This document shows positions 1 through 7,413 of a stretch of DNA of 17,910 nucleotides, in pieces. Within the stretch, counting starts at the first letter, position 1. Every line of letters begins with the position of its first letter. The notes under the pieces were generated by a model that did no database searches, was not told where the DNA came from, and worked only from the letters and a program-made list of their open reading frames with translations. The position numbers and the translations under genes are program-made. The DNA is from a bacterium (GTDB lineage Bacteria > Hydrothermota > 32-111). Location: the NCBI GenBank assembly GCA_050239825.1, contig JBFXGO010000043.1, positions 1-17,910 on the forward strand, written 5' to 3'.

Positions 1-1796
1 TTCAGTGATTCCGTCAGCTCGGTTCCTATATTGAATTTTTCCGGAAGGACAGTAAAATTCTTAATTCTTTCAAATGGATGGAAATCCTTTGATGAATTCA
101 CATACTTTTCTATCTGCTCCTTCAAAAACTCTCTGAGTTTTTTGTTCTTTCTTGCATTGTCAAAGTTTCTGTACTCCTCTCCCCACTCCTCAAATAATCT
201 CTTTATCCTCTCCTCTTCAAGAACCAGAAGAACGCTGAGGTCTTTTTCATCATCCCCCACTACAACAGCATGGGTTATATACTCGCTCTCCTCAAGTTTT
301 TCCTCAATCGGCGTAGGTTCCACATTTTCGCCGCCGAGAAGAACAATGGTGTCCTTAACTCTTCCGAGTATTATGAGGTTCTTCCTCGCAGTGAAAATGC
401 CGACATCTCCCGTGTTGAGCCATCCGTCTTCGGTGAGCACTTTTTTTGTCGCCTCTTCATTATTGTAATAACCTTTCATTACCTGCGGCCCCTTGACCCA
501 GACGATTCCCTTTTCCCCGCTTTCAACATCATTTCCCTTTTCATCCGTTATCTTTATTTGAGTGAATTCAAAGGGTATTCCTACGGTGTAGAGGAAGTTC
601 CAGTCGAATTTTCTTGATGATATTCCCGGAGAGCACTCTGTCATCCCGTATGCGTTCAACAGGGGAATTCCGACAGTATTGAAAAAGTTGTCAATATAGC
701 CGGGTATGGCGCCTCCGCCAGTGAATGCCCTAAGTCTTCCGCCGACAGCCATTCTCACAGGTTTAAGCACAAAATACCCCAGCAGTCCCGGGATGAAGAG
801 CAGAATAAGCGTGACCAAGGAGTACAGAATTTTTAAAAGCCTCTGAAAAAACGAAGGAGCATATATAATCGTGTCACGGTCAATCAGTGTTCTATATGCC
901 CAGAGCATCTTTTCCCTGCTTAGAAGGAATAAATAAAACATAAAACGGGTTGTCGCCTTTCTGCTTCTGATTGTGTCAATAGCTTTTCTGTATATGTGTT
1001 CCCAAATTCTCGGAACGGCCGACATTATCGTGGGTCTTATTTCGTTAAAATCGCCGGCAAGCCTCTTAGCGCTTGAATAGCAGGTCTCTGCTCCGCCAGC
1101 AATGCAGACATATTCATAACATCTTTCAAAGACATGCCAAATCGGAAGTATTGAGAGAGATCGTTCTCCGTGTTTTCCTTGTGGGTTGAACCTGATAAGA
1201 GGAGTAATCGCTCTTACATTATGCATAAAATTAGCATGAGTCAGCATCACTCCCTTCGGGTTTCCTGTGGTTCCGGATGTGTAGATTATAGTTGCAAGGT
1301 CGCTTTCCGAGACACCCTCGGGTTTGAAATCCTCATCTCCCGAAAGTATCATATTCTCAATGCATCCGAATCCTGCCGATTTGTCAAAAGTCATTATCCT
1401 GTCGTCAGGGATTATGTTCTTTACTGCATCATATAGGTTCTCATTTTCGATTATCGCAAATTCAGCTTCCGAATGGGATGCTATGAATGAGAGCTCGCTT
1501 TTGGGAGCTGTGGATGAACGCGGCACATCGACGGCCCCTATGGACAGAAGCGCAAGGTCTGCAGTAATCCATTCATATCTGTTGTCGGAAAAGACAAGAA
1601 CATGAGTGTTTTTTTTGATGCCCATTCTGCTGAATGAGTCAGCCAGGCGGCGCACATTTTTAAGAGTCTTCTCGTAATTTAGTGTGTGCCAGTCGCCGTT
1701 GCCGAGTCTGTATGTCAAAAATGGGAGCTTAGCGTGTATTTTCGCGCTGATCTCAAACATCTCAAAAAGCGTCGATGCTTCAAGGATTCTATTCAT
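1..1796 (-). CDS. fadD: Long-chain fatty-acid--CoA ligase (AMP-dependent synthetase), 3' end runs off the window
   Basis: Manual translation from ATG 1796 gives MNRILEASTLFEMFEISAK...SDNRYEWITADLALLSIGAVDVPR, the AMP-binding motif ATIIYTSGTTGNPKGVMLTHANF (~1230-1300), NAYGMTECSPG, GRRKDTIVLLGGENVEP, and ends ...GTELTESL at the edge. It is absent from the ORF track because there is no stop codon in the window. Confidence 0.93.
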   Translation of the reverse strand, partial: MNRILEASTLFEMFEISAKIHAKLPFLTYRLGNGDWHTLNYEKTLKNVRRLADSFSRMGIKKNTHVLVFSDNRYEWITADLALLSIGAVDVPRSSTAPKSELSFIASHSEAEFAIIENENLYDAVKNIIPDDRIMTFDKSAGFGCIENMILSGDEDFKPEGVSESDLATIIYTSGTTGNPKGVMLTHANFMHNVRAITPLIRFNPQGKHGERSLSILPIWHVFERCYEYVCIAGGAETCYSSAKRLAGDFNEIRPTIMSAVPRIWEHIYRKAIDTIRSRKATTRFMFYLFLLSREKMLWAYRTLIDRDTIIYAPSFFQRLLKILYSLVTLILLFIPGLLGYFVLKPVRMAVGGRLRAFTGGGAIPGYIDNFFNTVGIPLLNAYGMTECSPGISSRKFDWNFLYTVGIPFEFTQIKITDEKGNDVESGEKGIVWVKGPQVMKGYYNNEEATKKVLTEDGWLNTGDVGIFTARKNLIILGRVKDTIVLLGGENVEPTPIEEKLEESEYITHAVVVGDDEKDLSVLLVLEEERIKRLFEEWGEEYRNFDNARKNKKLREFLKEQIEKYVNSSKDFHPFERIKNFTVLPEKFNIGTELTESL

Positions 1797-1814
1797 AATG
1801 CAGAATAGCAGAAT

Positions 1815-2150
1815 CTACGCTTTTATCATTATAAGAAACATCTTGAACTTCACTCTCGCTTTTATAGAGTGAGGCTTTGATGCGGGCATGACTATCATCT
1901 CTCCCTCTTTTACAATATGTTTTTTGCCGTTTATTTTTATCTCTGCTTCGCCGTCAAGTATCATTGCTATTGCATCAAAAGGGGAAATGTGCTCGGAAAG
2001 CCCCTGATTTTCATCGAATGCAAAAAATGTGACTGTTCCGCTTCTTTTGTCGATAAGAGTCTGGCTGACTATTGAACCCTGCTGATAGTCAGCAATGTGT
2101 TTTGGCACTGTGGGTTTAGTAAAATAAAAAAGGTCTGAACTTTTATCCAT
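1815..2150 (-). CDS. Cupin domain protein
   Basis: 111 aa with FAFDENQGLSEHISPFDA...ILDGEAEI...GEMIVMPASKPHSI, the two cupin motifs; AAGGAG SD upstream. Confidence 0.9.
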   Translation of the reverse strand: MDKSSDLFYFTKPTVPKHIADYQQGSIVSQTLIDKRSGTVTFFAFDENQGLSEHISPFDAIAMILDGEAEIKINGKKHIVKEGEMIVMPASKPHSIKARVKFKMFLIMIKA

Positions 2151-2199
2151 GAGATCTCCTTAGTTAAGTATTGAAACCGCATATTGCGGAATCTTCTTC

Positions 2200-2227
2200 A
2201 TTATAGAGCAATACAAAAAAAATGCAA
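2200..2227 (-). promoter_or_regulatory. Putative sigma70-type promoter for the cupin gene
   Basis: Minus strand TTGCAT (2227-2222), 16-nt spacer, TATAAT (2205-2200). Confidence 0.5.
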
Positions 2228-2235
2228 TGAGAAAA

Positions 2236-2598
2236 TCAAAAGCCGGAGAGATATTTAATGGCTTCGTCGCGCGAGGCAGTCACAGTTATCTTTCTTCCGG
2301 AGATTCTTTCCAGCATCTCAATCACCATGTTTTTTTCGTCAACAGCTCCGACGACAGTACTTGCAATCACAAATGGCGTAATGTTTCTTGAAAATGATTT
2401 AAGTTTCTCTATTCCAAACATGTTATATGAGGTATCCGAGACATCCGTCAGAATAAGCACTGATTTAAGAGGCAGTCTTGTTATTATCTCCTCTGCCTCA
2501 TCAATCACCTTCACACTCTCTTTGACATCTTTGATTGAGGAGATGTCCATAACCAGAATGCGTTTTTCATTAACGCAAAGGAAAAATACCCTTGCCAT
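2236..2598 (-). CDS. Hypothetical protein, STAS/SEC14 (SpoIIAA-like) type
   Basis: 120 aa; ILVMDIS...VLILTDVSD...ASRDEAIKYL resembles SpoIIAA-like small proteins; AAGGAGG SD. Confidence 0.6.
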   Translation of the reverse strand: MARVFFLCVNEKRILVMDISSIKDVKESVKVIDEAEEIITRLPLKSVLILTDVSDTSYNMFGIEKLKSFSRNITPFVIASTVVGAVDEKNMVIEMLERISGRKITVTASRDEAIKYLSGF

Positions 2599-2619
2599 AT
2601 TGCCTCCTTGACTGAGAAA

Positions 2620-2648
2620 AGTATAATGCCTATCCGTCAGTTTGTAAA
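2620..2648 (-). promoter_or_regulatory. Putative sigma70-type promoter for 2236-2598
   Basis: Minus strand TTTACA, 17-nt spacer, TATACT. Confidence 0.5.
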
Positions 2649-2658
2649 GAGGAAGATT

Positions 2659-2961
2659 TCAGCATTCATAATCGACGAAGCACCTCTTGTCCCGTATGTT
2701 TATAATAAAATCCTTCAAAGCCTGATGGTCAGGGTGGGAAACATATTTCGAAAGGTCCTCTCTGTTTTCAAATTCAGAATAGAGAACAACATCATAAGCG
2801 GCTTCGTCGGAAGCATAATTAATGCCGACTTCAAGTTTCTTTATAAATGGTATCTTCAACTTCAACGCTTCAAGTATCTCCTTCAGCTTTAATGCATTTT
2901 CCTCTTTGGATTTTCCCAGAGCGCCCTCTTTTACAGTCCACATGACTATGTGCTTTACCAT
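2659..2961 (-). CDS. Dabb family stress-responsive A/B barrel protein
   Basis: MVKHIVMW...LEVGIN...YDVVLYSEFENREDLSKYVSHPDHQ...VDY, typical Dabb motifs; AAGGAG SD. Confidence 0.92.
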   Translation of the reverse strand: MVKHIVMWTVKEGALGKSKEENALKLKEILEALKLKIPFIKKLEVGINYASDEAAYDVVLYSEFENREDLSKYVSHPDHQALKDFIINIRDKRCFVDYEC

Positions 2962-2986
2962 GCAAACTCCTTGTTTGTTTTTTCAT

Positions 2987-3015
2987 ATTTTACAGGGAAA
3001 TCAGAAATTTGGCAA
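2987..3015 (-). promoter_or_regulatory. Putative sigma70-type promoter for the Dabb gene
   Basis: Minus strand TTGCCA, 17-nt spacer, TAAAAT. Confidence 0.45.
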
Positions 3016-3057
3016 TACAAAACGCTGAATTTTGAAGCACTTTTAATGAATTACATA

Positions 3058-3085
3058 TTGACTGATTTATTTTATTGGATATAAT
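3058..3085 (+). promoter_or_regulatory. Putative sigma70-type promoter for the OmpA-family gene
   Basis: TTGACT (3058-3063), 16-nt spacer, TATAAT (3080-3085). Confidence 0.6.
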
Positions 3086-3121
3086 TTACAAAAGTGTTGT
3101 ATTAATCAAAAGGGAGTTTTT

Positions 3122-4123
3122 ATGAATAAATCAGTGTTGTATGTTTTAATTCTTTTAATTTCATCTGTGAATTTAAATGCAAGGGAAATGGCGGTTCAGC
3201 ATCCTTTTAATATTGATTGGATTCAGGCTGGAGCAGATTGTTTTTTTGATTTCGGATTTTTGAAGGGCAGGGAGAAAAAATCCGAAACAGGTTTTGCCGT
3301 TATAAATATTATTGATTCGGAGACGGACGAACCGGTGGACGGCATGATAGAATTTAAAAACAGCAAAATTCCGCCTATGTTCATAGAGGATGGCAACAGA
3401 AAAATCGAGATTCCATGCGGAAAATATACGGTGAAAGTAATGTCTGATGAATGTATGACTCTCACAAGGGATATAAATGTTGTTCCCGGGAAAATCGAAG
3501 TTCTATTCTTTGATATGGAGAGGGCAGAGTCTTGCGGTCAAATTTGCGGAATGATAACCGACTTTTGTTCGAAAAAATTCATTCTGCCTGAAATCGAGGT
3601 TTTGGAATGCGAGGACTGCAGAATAATCATCAATGATACAACGGGCGATTACTCTATAAATCTTATGCCGGGGAAATATACATTGTCTGCAAAGAGAGAA
3701 GGATATGCAGAATACCTGCGGGAAGTTACGGTTTTAAGCGGAAAGACGAACACTGTTGATATAAGCATGATGAGGCTGAAAGACAGATTTAAGATGAATG
3801 ATGTAGCCTTCCTTAAAGGAAAGGCGGATTTGAAGGAGGATTCCTATAAATACCTTGACAATGTCTGTGATGCTCTTATCGCATGCAAGGATGTCAAGAT
3901 TGAAATACAGTGTTTTACGGATGACAAAGGCTATGCTTCTGAAAATCTTCTTCTGTCGCAGAAGAGAGCGGAGAGGGTAAGAGCATATTTTGTCGGCAGG
4001 GGTATCGAAGAGTTCAGAATCAAAACAAGAGGTTTCGGAGAGACGATGAATATTGCCGATAATGAAACTGAAGAGAATAGGGAGAAGAACAGGAGAGTTG
4101 AGTTTATAATTCTTGAAGATTAA
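3122..4123 (+). CDS. OmpA-family protein: signal peptide, two PEGA/carboxypeptidase-regulatory-like domains, OmpA-C peptidoglycan-binding domain
   Basis: Signal-like N-terminus; GKYTVKV and PGKYTLSAKREGY repeats; C-terminal FTDDKG..ENLLLSQKRAERVRAYF...GFGE...NRRVEF; GGAG SD. Confidence 0.88.
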   Translation: MNKSVLYVLILLISSVNLNAREMAVQHPFNIDWIQAGADCFFDFGFLKGREKKSETGFAVINIIDSETDEPVDGMIEFKNSKIPPMFIEDGNRKIEIPCGKYTVKVMSDECMTLTRDINVVPGKIEVLFFDMERAESCGQICGMITDFCSKKFILPEIEVLECEDCRIIINDTTGDYSINLMPGKYTLSAKREGYAEYLREVTVLSGKTNTVDISMMRLKDRFKMNDVAFLKGKADLKEDSYKYLDNVCDALIACKDVKIEIQCFTDDKGYASENLLLSQKRAERVRAYFVGRGIEEFRIKTRGFGETMNIADNETEENREKNRRVEFIILED

Positions 4124-4131
4124 AAAAAAAG

Positions 4132-4339
4132 TTATCCACATTTTTTTATTTTTTCAAGCCTTGCTTTACACCTGTTTGTATAAGATATGAATGAAACACC
4201 ACATATATATTGCATTTTAAGCGACAGACAATGCAGGAAAGTTATTCACAGAAGCTTCACTTGCGAAAAAACAAAAAAGTTAACTGCCCCCTTGACAAGA
4301 GTGGATAAATTGTGTATAACTATATGCAAGTATGTATAA
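4132..4339. promoter_or_regulatory. Cluster of DnaA boxes (candidate oriC or DnaA-regulated promoter)
   Basis: TTATCCACA 4132-4140 (+), TTATACAAA 4175-4183 (-), TTATTCACA 4242-4250 (+), TTATCCACT 4300-4308 (-), TTATACACA 4311-4319 (-), TTATACATA 4331-4339 (-). Three match TTWTNCACA exactly and three have one mismatch. Confidence 0.75.
4292..4320 (+). promoter_or_regulatory. Putative sigma70 promoter of the HTH-pilMNOPQ operon
   Basis: TTGACA 4292-4297, 17-nt spacer, TATAAC 4315-4320; GAGG SD at 4375 before ATG 4384. Confidence 0.6.
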
Positions 4340-4340
4340 A
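4311..4340 (+). repeat. Three tandem degenerate 10-bp direct repeats (TRTRTRYAAN)
   Basis: tgtgtataac / tatatgcaag / tatgtataaa, followed by more A-rich 10-mers (catataaaaa, aacataaaaa). Confidence 0.5.
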
Positions 4341-4383
4341 AAACTAGAAACATATAAAAAAACATAAAAAATATGAGGGATTT

Positions 4384-4569
4384 ATGGCAGTATCACCAAA
4401 ACAGATAGATGAAGCAAAATTATACAATGTAATGGAAGTTTCAGAGATACTGAATGTAACCGAACAGACAGTGAGAAAACATCTCCGTTACTCGCTTCTC
4501 AAAGGAAAAAAGATTGGAAAGAGATGGTATATAGAAGGAAGAGAAATTAAAAAATTCATAGAAGGTTAA
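4384..4569 (+). CDS. Small excisionase/MerR-like (HTH_17, Xis/BldC-type) DNA-binding protein
   Basis: 61 aa; LYNVMEVSEILNVTEQTVRKHLRYSLLKGKKIGKRWYI fits the Y-x-x-x-EVAExL-x-V-x-x-x-TV...L-x-x-x-KIG-x-x-W-x-I winged-HTH pattern. Confidence 0.9.
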   Translation: MAVSPKQIDEAKLYNVMEVSEILNVTEQTVRKHLRYSLLKGKKIGKRWYIEGREIKKFIEG

Positions 4570-4582
4570 CAAAGGTGGTTTT

Positions 4583-5608
4583 ATGGGTATCAAAAAAAGA
4601 AAGAAGAGTTTGCTCGGACTGGACATCGGAAGTTCATTCATAAAGTACACCATACTTGATTTGTCCAGCGGAGAGGCGATTTTGAAGGACTATGGAGTCA
4701 CCGAACTGTCGGATGTCGCAATTGCAGACGGAGAGATAATGGACCGTCTTCAATTGGTGGATTCAGTGAAGAATCTTCTGGTCTCAAAAGATGTAAAAGA
4801 GAAGGATGTCTCTACAGCCATTATCGGCAGAGGAGTCATTGTAAAGAAATTCAAGATGGACCAGATGAAGGAAGCCGAGCTTGCTATCATGATAAAGCAG
4901 GAGGCTGAAAACAACATTCCATACAGCATAGAGGATGTGCAGTTGGACTACAAGATTCTTGGACCCAGCGATGAAGAGGGAAAGATCGATGTGCTTCTGG
5001 TTGCGGCAAAGAAAGAGATACTCCTCCCGTTCGTCGGACTGATAAAGGATATGGAGCTTAATCCATATGTGATTGATGTCCCGGCATTCACAATACAAAA
5101 CTGCTATGAGATGAATTATGAGCCAAAACCGAATGAGGTGCACGGGCTTGTTCATATTGGATACGAAACAACAATTCTTAGCTTCATACAGGGAACAAAC
5201 AATCTGTTCACGAGAGATGTCGCCTCTGCAATAAAATCCTGTCTTCAGAGAATACCCGGAGCCACAAAAGACCAGATAGACAGGGTATTCAAGGGAGAAA
5301 AGGTTGACGAACTCTCCGAAGAGAAGGTGAAAGAGGGTCTTGAACAGTTTTATGACGAACTCTGCATAAATGTGGAGAGAGCCGTTCCATTCACCAACAG
5401 GGATAAAATAGATAAAATATATCTGTCCGGAGGCGGTTCAAATGCGCCGGGAATCATAGAGTATTTCAAAGACAGATTTGATGTTGAAGTGGAAAAGATG
5501 AATCCTTTTAAAAATGTCAAGATAAAAGAAGGGCTCTTTGCCATTGATGAAATTGAAAAAATGTCTCCTCTGCTTGTACCGTCAATCGGTCTGAGCTTAA
5601 GGTCGTAA
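4583..5608 (+). CDS. pilM: Type IV pilus assembly protein PilM (actin-like)
   Basis: LLGLDIGSSFIK, EAENNIPYSIEDVQLDY, VLLVAAKK, IYLSGGGS, NPF, IGLSLR; first pil gene of the MNOPQ array. Confidence 0.95.
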   Translation: MGIKKRKKSLLGLDIGSSFIKYTILDLSSGEAILKDYGVTELSDVAIADGEIMDRLQLVDSVKNLLVSKDVKEKDVSTAIIGRGVIVKKFKMDQMKEAELAIMIKQEAENNIPYSIEDVQLDYKILGPSDEEGKIDVLLVAAKKEILLPFVGLIKDMELNPYVIDVPAFTIQNCYEMNYEPKPNEVHGLVHIGYETTILSFIQGTNNLFTRDVASAIKSCLQRIPGATKDQIDRVFKGEKVDELSEEKVKEGLEQFYDELCINVERAVPFTNRDKIDKIYLSGGGSNAPGIIEYFKDRFDVEVEKMNPFKNVKIKEGLFAIDEIEKMSPLLVPSIGLSLRS

Positions 5609-5621
5609 AAGAGAGGTAAAA

Positions 5622-6200
5622 ATGATAGAAATAAATCTTCTGCCCGAAGAGGAACGCAAACGAAAGAAGCCGGAAGTAGGATTCTCCGGTCTTTCGATAA
5701 AGTTCCCGACAAATTTTGCATTCTTTGCGATAATCGGCGGCTCAGTGCTTCTTTTGATCCTGCTCTTCATAATACATTTTGTTCAGGTTGGCTCGATAAA
5801 TCAGCTGAACAAAAAAATAAGCGAAAAACAGACTGAACTGAAGAAGCTGAAAGAAGAGGTTGCCAAGGTTGATGCAATGAAGCAGAAAGAAGCCGAAATC
5901 AATGCAAAAATAGAGACAATAAAGAAATTGGTTGTAGGAAAATTCACCTATGCCAAAGCTCTTGATATCTTTGTATCAAATCTGCCTGACTACTTATGGC
6001 TGGAAGAACTCTCCATAAAGAATAAGAAGGTTGTTATAAAGGGAAAGACATTCTCAAATCTTATGATTACCGACCTTATGACAAACCTTAAAAAACAAAC
6101 AGACTATTTCGACGCATTCATTCTGAAGGATATAGTCAACAAGCCTGAAAGCGGCTATGACATCATATCCTTCGAGATAAATGCCTCGTTTAAACAGTGA
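5622..6200 (+). CDS. pilN: Type IV pilus assembly protein PilN
   Basis: N-terminal MIEINLLP PilM-binding motif, one TM helix, coiled coil, LPDYLWLEEL. Confidence 0.93.
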   Translation: MIEINLLPEEERKRKKPEVGFSGLSIKFPTNFAFFAIIGGSVLLLILLFIIHFVQVGSINQLNKKISEKQTELKKLKEEVAKVDAMKQKEAEINAKIETIKKLVVGKFTYAKALDIFVSNLPDYLWLEELSIKNKKVVIKGKTFSNLMITDLMTNLKKQTDYFDAFILKDIVNKPESGYDIISFEINASFKQ

Positions 6201-6210
6201 AGGGGGCAGC

Positions 6211-6804
6211 ATGGATAAAAAGAATTTGATGAAAATAATCATCGGTGCGGTAGTCCTTGTCGGAGTCCTCTTTCTTTACTGGAATTTTGACTTTTCGAAA
6301 AATTCAAACCAGATTTCAAAACTCAAGGGAGAATTCGACAATGTGAACACGCAGGTCAATGAGGCAAGAAAGGTGGCGGCGAGGATGGCCGAATACATCG
6401 ACAGGATAAAAGTGCTTGAAGGACAGCTGAAAATAGCAAACAGGATGCTGCCGGATTCCCAGATGCTTGAGGATGTCATTGACACGGTGACTCTTTATGC
6501 CAATAAAAACAATGTCAAAATAATGAACATTCATCCTACTGGAATAGTGGTCACTTCAGAGTATGGGAGTGTCAATCAGGAGTTGACAATTCAATCTTCT
6601 TACTCGTCTCTCGGTTCATTTTTGACTGACATCGGCAATCAAAAGAGAATTGCCAAGATAAATGACATTTCCATAAAACCGATTAAAGTGCAGACTGAAA
6701 ACCTTTACACCATCCAGGCGGTCATTTCACTCTCTACATATTACAAAGGACCTGGAGCGACAAAAGAAAAAAAGGAAGGTAAAGATGATAAAAAGAAAAA
6801 GTAG
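6211..6804 (+). CDS. pilO: Type IV pilus assembly protein PilO
   Basis: Start moved from 6181 to in-frame ATG 6211 (after the pilN stop, G-rich SD); TM helix, coiled coil, MLPDS, SYSSLGSFLTDIGNQKRI. Confidence 0.9.
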   Translation: MDKKNLMKIIIGAVVLVGVLFLYWNFDFSKNSNQISKLKGEFDNVNTQVNEARKVAARMAEYIDRIKVLEGQLKIANRMLPDSQMLEDVIDTVTLYANKNNVKIMNIHPTGIVVTSEYGSVNQELTIQSSYSSLGSFLTDIGNQKRIAKINDISIKPIKVQTENLYTIQAVISLSTYYKGPGATKEKKEGKDDKKKK

Positions 6805-7405
6805 TATCATAATTTTTTCGTTTTTACTGTTAGCGATCATTGCACTTCCTTCATGTTCCAAGGGCAACCCGGTAAATGCCGCAATACAAAAGATCACAGG
6901 CCTCTTTGTGGCGAAAACAGACAAACCGATTGAAGCCAGTATCAATACAGGCGATATGATTCTTTTAACTCAAAACGACAAAAACGCAGCCGACACAGTA
7001 AAACCAATTGAGGCAAAAGCCGACACAGGGACAAGCGTGTTTGATTCGATAATGAGTGATTCAACAAAGGGTCTTCCCTTCTCAGTTGAGACATACACAT
7101 ATAAATCAAGATACGAGAGAGACCCGTTCGTCTCAGTTCTTGATCTCCAGAGAGACAAGCAGGTGAACATTGACATTGAAAGCGCTTCTTACTATGGGCT
7201 TCTAAAGGGCAAAAACGGAAAGGTTGCCCTTCTTAAAGATGCCAGCGGTATGGGGTTTGTCTTCTTTGAAGGCGAAAAAATAAAGAACGGAGTCCTTCTT
7301 AAAGTTGAAGCGGATTCTGTTATATTCAAACTTGATGAGTACGGAGTCGTGCGCAACAAGGTTATAAGGCTCAACAAATCCCTAACTAAAAAGAGCAAAA
7401 AGTGA
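6785..7405 (+). CDS. pilP: PilP-like lipoprotein
   Basis: Lipobox-like LPSC, YTY...RDPF motif, ALLKDASG..F...GEKI; lies between pilO and pilQ. Confidence 0.75.
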   Translation: MIKRKSSIIIFSFLLLAIIALPSCSKGNPVNAAIQKITGLFVAKTDKPIEASINTGDMILLTQNDKNAADTVKPIEAKADTGTSVFDSIMSDSTKGLPFSVETYTYKSRYERDPFVSVLDLQRDKQVNIDIESASYYGLLKGKNGKVALLKDASGMGFVFFEGEKIKNGVLLKVEADSVIFKLDEYGVVRNKVIRLNKSLTKKSKK

Positions 7406-7413
7406 GGTTATAA

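Noticed and set aside
31..1872. Plus-strand ORFs 31-468, 270-617, 1170-1436, 1324-1605, 1684-1872
   Set aside because: Antisense shadows of the minus-strand fadD; no motifs.
2177..2189. CCGCA-TAT-TGCGG mini-hairpin in the cupin leader
   Set aside because: A 5-bp stem with no U tract is within chance expectation.
4196..4214. NrdR-box-like ACACCACATATATATTGCA
   Set aside because: A conserved C or G is missing in either register, it is single rather than tandem, and no nrd gene is nearby.
4291..4301. 11-bp identity CTTGACAAGAG with 17763-17773
   Set aside because: Short and centred on a -35 hexamer in both places; not evidence of an IS end or target duplication.
4384..4569. Prophage or ICE excisionase
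   Set aside because: No integrase, att site, tRNA or phage genes; the gene is embedded in the pil operon.
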